From Candidatus Bathyarchaeota archaeon (GTDB lineage Archaea; Thermoproteota; Bathyarchaeia; Bathyarchaeales; Bathycorpusculaceae), in the NCBI GenBank assembly GCA_963770935.1, contig CAVYRJ010000009.1:128001-192000 (forward strand): 64,000 nucleotides of DNA, given 5' to 3'. Positions 61,631-64,000 of this stretch are shown here, piece by piece. The stretch's first letter is position 1. Each line of letters starts with the position of its first letter. A program made the translations under genes and the position numbers. The notes under the pieces are model-generated. The model was not told the origin of the DNA, did no database searches, and saw nothing but the letters and a program-made list of their open reading frames with translations.

Positions 61631-62575
61631 ATGAAAATGAAAGCAATTATCTATGAAAAATATGGCTCCCCAGAGGTTCTTAAACTCAAGGAAATAGAAA
61701 AACCCGTTCCAAAGGACAATGAAGTACTGGTGAAAATAAATGCCACAACCGTGACGGCAGGAGACATAAGAATGCGAGGCTTCAAAGTGCCAGCCCATTT
61801 CTGGCTCCCTGCACGGTTCGCTTTAGGTTTAACAGGGCCAAAGAAAAAGACACTTGGGATGGAGATATCTGGGGTAATTGAAGCAGTAGGCAACAGTGTG
61901 ACAAAATTTAAGGCTGGGGATGAGGTTTTTGCAGAGACTGATTTTGGCGGCGGCTATGCCGAGTACATATGTCTGCCAGAGATGCCGGAGATTAAATCGC
62001 CAAAAACAGTAATTAGAATTGAAAAAAAACCAGTTAATCTGACCTTTGAGGAAGCCGCCGCTGTTCCTGTTGGGGGAATTACAGCGTTGATTTTTATGAG
62101 AAAGGCAAACATCCAGAAGGGACAAAAAATTCTAATCTTCGGTGCATCAGGAAGCGTTGGCACTTATGCAGTTCAGCTAGCTAAATACTATGGAGCCGAA
62201 GTCACTGGAGTATGCAGCAACAATAATGTGGAATTAGTCAAATCTTTAGAGACAGATAACGTGATTGACTACACCCGGGAAGATTTCACCAAAAACTCTC
62301 AAACCTACGATGTCATTTTTGATGCCGTAGGCAAAATTTCTCGCTCATTCATCAAAGGGTCGCTTGAGAAAAAAGGTGTTTTTCTTTCTACCTGGCAGTC
62401 TTTTAAGGTTGAAGCTGATGATTTGGTGGTCCTTAAGGGGCTTGTCGAGTCAGGAAAGTTGAAACCGGTTGTAGATAGACGCTATCCGCTGGAACAAATT
62501 GTCGAGGCACATCGATATGTTGAAGCGGGACACAAGAAAGGAAATGTAGTCATAATTGTTCCACATAAGGCGTGA
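61631..62575 (+). CDS. MDR-family NAD(P)-dependent oxidoreductase (zinc-free quinone reductase-like)
   Basis: [37 protein letters not shown]. Confidence 0.92.
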   Translation: MKMKAIIYEKYGSPEVLKLKEIEKPVPKDNEVLVKINATTVTAGDIRMRGFKVPAHFWLPARFALGLTGPKKKTLGMEISGVIEAVGNSVTKFKAGDEVFAETDFGGGYAEYICLPEMPEIKSPKTVIRIEKKPVNLTFEEAAAVPVGGITALIFMRKANIQKGQKILIFGASGSVGTYAVQLAKYYGAEVTGVCSNNNVELVKSLETDNVIDYTREDFTKNSQTYDVIFDAVGKISRSFIKGSLEKKGVFLSTWQSFKVEADDLVVLKGLVESGKLKPVVDRRYPLEQIVEAHRYVEAGHKKGNVVIIVPHKA

Positions 62576-62590
62576 GGAGTTCATTGAATT

Positions 62591-62957
62591 ATGGGAAGAT
62601 GTGCAAATAATCCTTTCAGGATTGTGGGTAGCTCTGATGTTGACTTATCTCTTAGGAGATGTGCTGCGAATATTTGCTGGTGACTTTAAAGTAGGAGTAA
62701 TAGAGGGCAAGAAAATGACTCAAAAAATGCTGATGGGAATGGCGACATTAATGCTGATTTCAATTGTTATGCTTATCTTGTCCTTGACATTGCCGTATCC
62801 TGTGAATCGCTGGGCAAACATCATCGCAGCCATAGGGTTTTTTGGTTTTAATCTTTTTAGGCTACCTACTTACCCATCCGCTTATGACAAATTCTTGATA
62901 ATTGTAGGCCTCGTGTTTAACGCACTGACCATTTGGTATTCATGGCAGTGGGTCTAA
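62591..62957 (+). CDS. DUF6326-like small membrane protein; probable +1 G right after ATG 62591
   Basis: GAGGAG SD; MEDVQIILSGLWVALMLTYLLGDVLRIFAG...NRWANII...IWYSWQW. Confidence 0.7.
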
Positions 62958-63045
62958 ACAGGGAGGCTAATTGTGCAGCGCGAGCTTGAAGCTAAGGATT
63001 AAAAAGGAAATGTTGTAATAACTGTGGAGCAAAATAATAGCTGAT

Positions 63046-63519
63046 ATGGTTTTGCCTATGAAGTCTTTACTGATTGTATTTTCTTACCATCACAACAACA
63101 CTCAAAAAGTAGCGGAAGCTATTGCGAAAGCGCTTGATGCAGAAATTAAAACAACTCAACAGACTAACCCAGAAGACCTACAAAAATATGACTTAGTAGG
63201 TTTTGGTGCAGGGATAGATAGCGGAAAACACTACAAGGTTCTGCTTGATCTTGCTGACAAACTGCCACACGTTGACAACAAGAAAGCATTTATTTTTTCA
63301 ACCGCTGGCGTAACAGGGAAGAAGAAACTAGTCAAAGATCATTCAACTCTTAAGCAAAAACTGAACTTTAAGGGCTACACAATTGTTGATGAATTTCAAT
63401 GCAAAGGTTTCAACACCAACCTCTTTCTCAAATATTTTGGTGGAATGAATAAGGGCAAACCTAACGCTGAAGACCTCAAACATGCAGAGGAGTTTGCCCA
63501 GAACCTGAAAATCAAGTGA
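63046..63519 (+). CDS. Flavodoxin-like protein
   Basis: SYHHNNTQKVAEAIA, GFGAGID, FIFSTAG, EFQCKG, PNAEDL. Confidence 0.88.
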   Translation: MVLPMKSLLIVFSYHHNNTQKVAEAIAKALDAEIKTTQQTNPEDLQKYDLVGFGAGIDSGKHYKVLLDLADKLPHVDNKKAFIFSTAGVTGKKKLVKDHSTLKQKLNFKGYTIVDEFQCKGFNTNLFLKYFGGMNKGKPNAEDLKHAEEFAQNLKIK

Positions 63520-63828
63520 AACTGACATGTACGAACTCAGCGCGCGCTTAAGCTTTTTATGAGAAAAAGCTCCTGGACTTCTTAATAGTTTCCAGTAATC
63601 CTCAGTTAATACAAATGGCGCAACCCACACTGGATACGAAGAGCAGGACACAGCATAAACTAAAATAACAGGTTTCGACAAGAAAAAAAACTAATCAACA
63701 GTAGCAGCCAAAACCGCTTTACATTCAGCTTCAAGTACAAACCTCAAACCGACAAACCACTACAACATGTTTTGGCGTAATTAAAATCTTATAGAATTTT
63801 TAAAGTGTCTGTTCTATTGCTTAGAACA

Positions 63829-63997
63829 TCCTTACTTCATTGGGGATTTGCACGTTGTGGTTGACGCTGACTTAACCGTTAGGGATTCGGGCAAAATAGC
63901 ATACGAAATAGAAGAACTGGTGAAAAAAGAATTTGATGAAGTAATAGAGATAAATGTACGCATAGACCCTGATGAACCCATATCAAACAACGGGTGA
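63829..63997 (+). pseudogene. Isolated C-terminal (ZT_dimer) fragment of a cation diffusion facilitator
   Basis: PYFIGDLHVVVDADLTVRDSGKIAYEIEELVKKEFDEVIEINVRIDP*, with no transmembrane part or clear start upstream. Confidence 0.6.
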
Positions 63998-64000
63998 AGC

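Noticed and set aside
2160-62600. Programmed ribosomal frameshifting or mass pseudogenisation
   Set aside because: The breaks share no slippery motif, are all +1, and hit core genes that have no nonsense codons; sequencing error is simpler.
63343-63681. 112-aa minus-strand ORF
   Set aside because: Overlaps the flavodoxin gene antisense and has no recognisable motif.

Overview
Archaeal chromosomal window, most consistent with Bathyarchaeia. Evidence: aIF2-alpha, aRF1, Ftr, LysW-type lysY/Z/J/K, paralogous PQQ-like beta-propeller surface proteins and frequent TTG/GTG starts. Core blocks: the LysW-dependent Lys/Arg operon (1-4836); a Thr/Asp-family operon (ACT-domain gene, thrC, hom, aspartokinase) divergent from argG-argH-carA-carB; the methanogen-type homocysteine trio (DUF39-CBS, NIL-ferredoxin, UPF0280); and aRF1, ftr, IMPase, pyrF and aIF2a. 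Accessory blocks: a 1432-aa Fe-S PD-(D/E)xK nuclease/SF1 helicase flanked by a Cys4 microprotein, a 10-bp tandem repeat and a PLD-fold gene with a mutated HKD motif; a STAND ATPase-TPR-Ig-wHTH protein upstream of phased repeats and a secreted hydrolase; a membrane-anchored multicopper oxidase; an orphan tail/eCIS-type protein; two degenerate tRNA 3'-end relics; and several small genes and pseudogenes missed by the ORF track. About 15 genes or gene segments are split by +1 single-base insertions, most likely long-read consensus errors. No intact tRNA/rRNA, CRISPR array or transposase was seen. All family calls come from motif recognition by eye, not from database searches.
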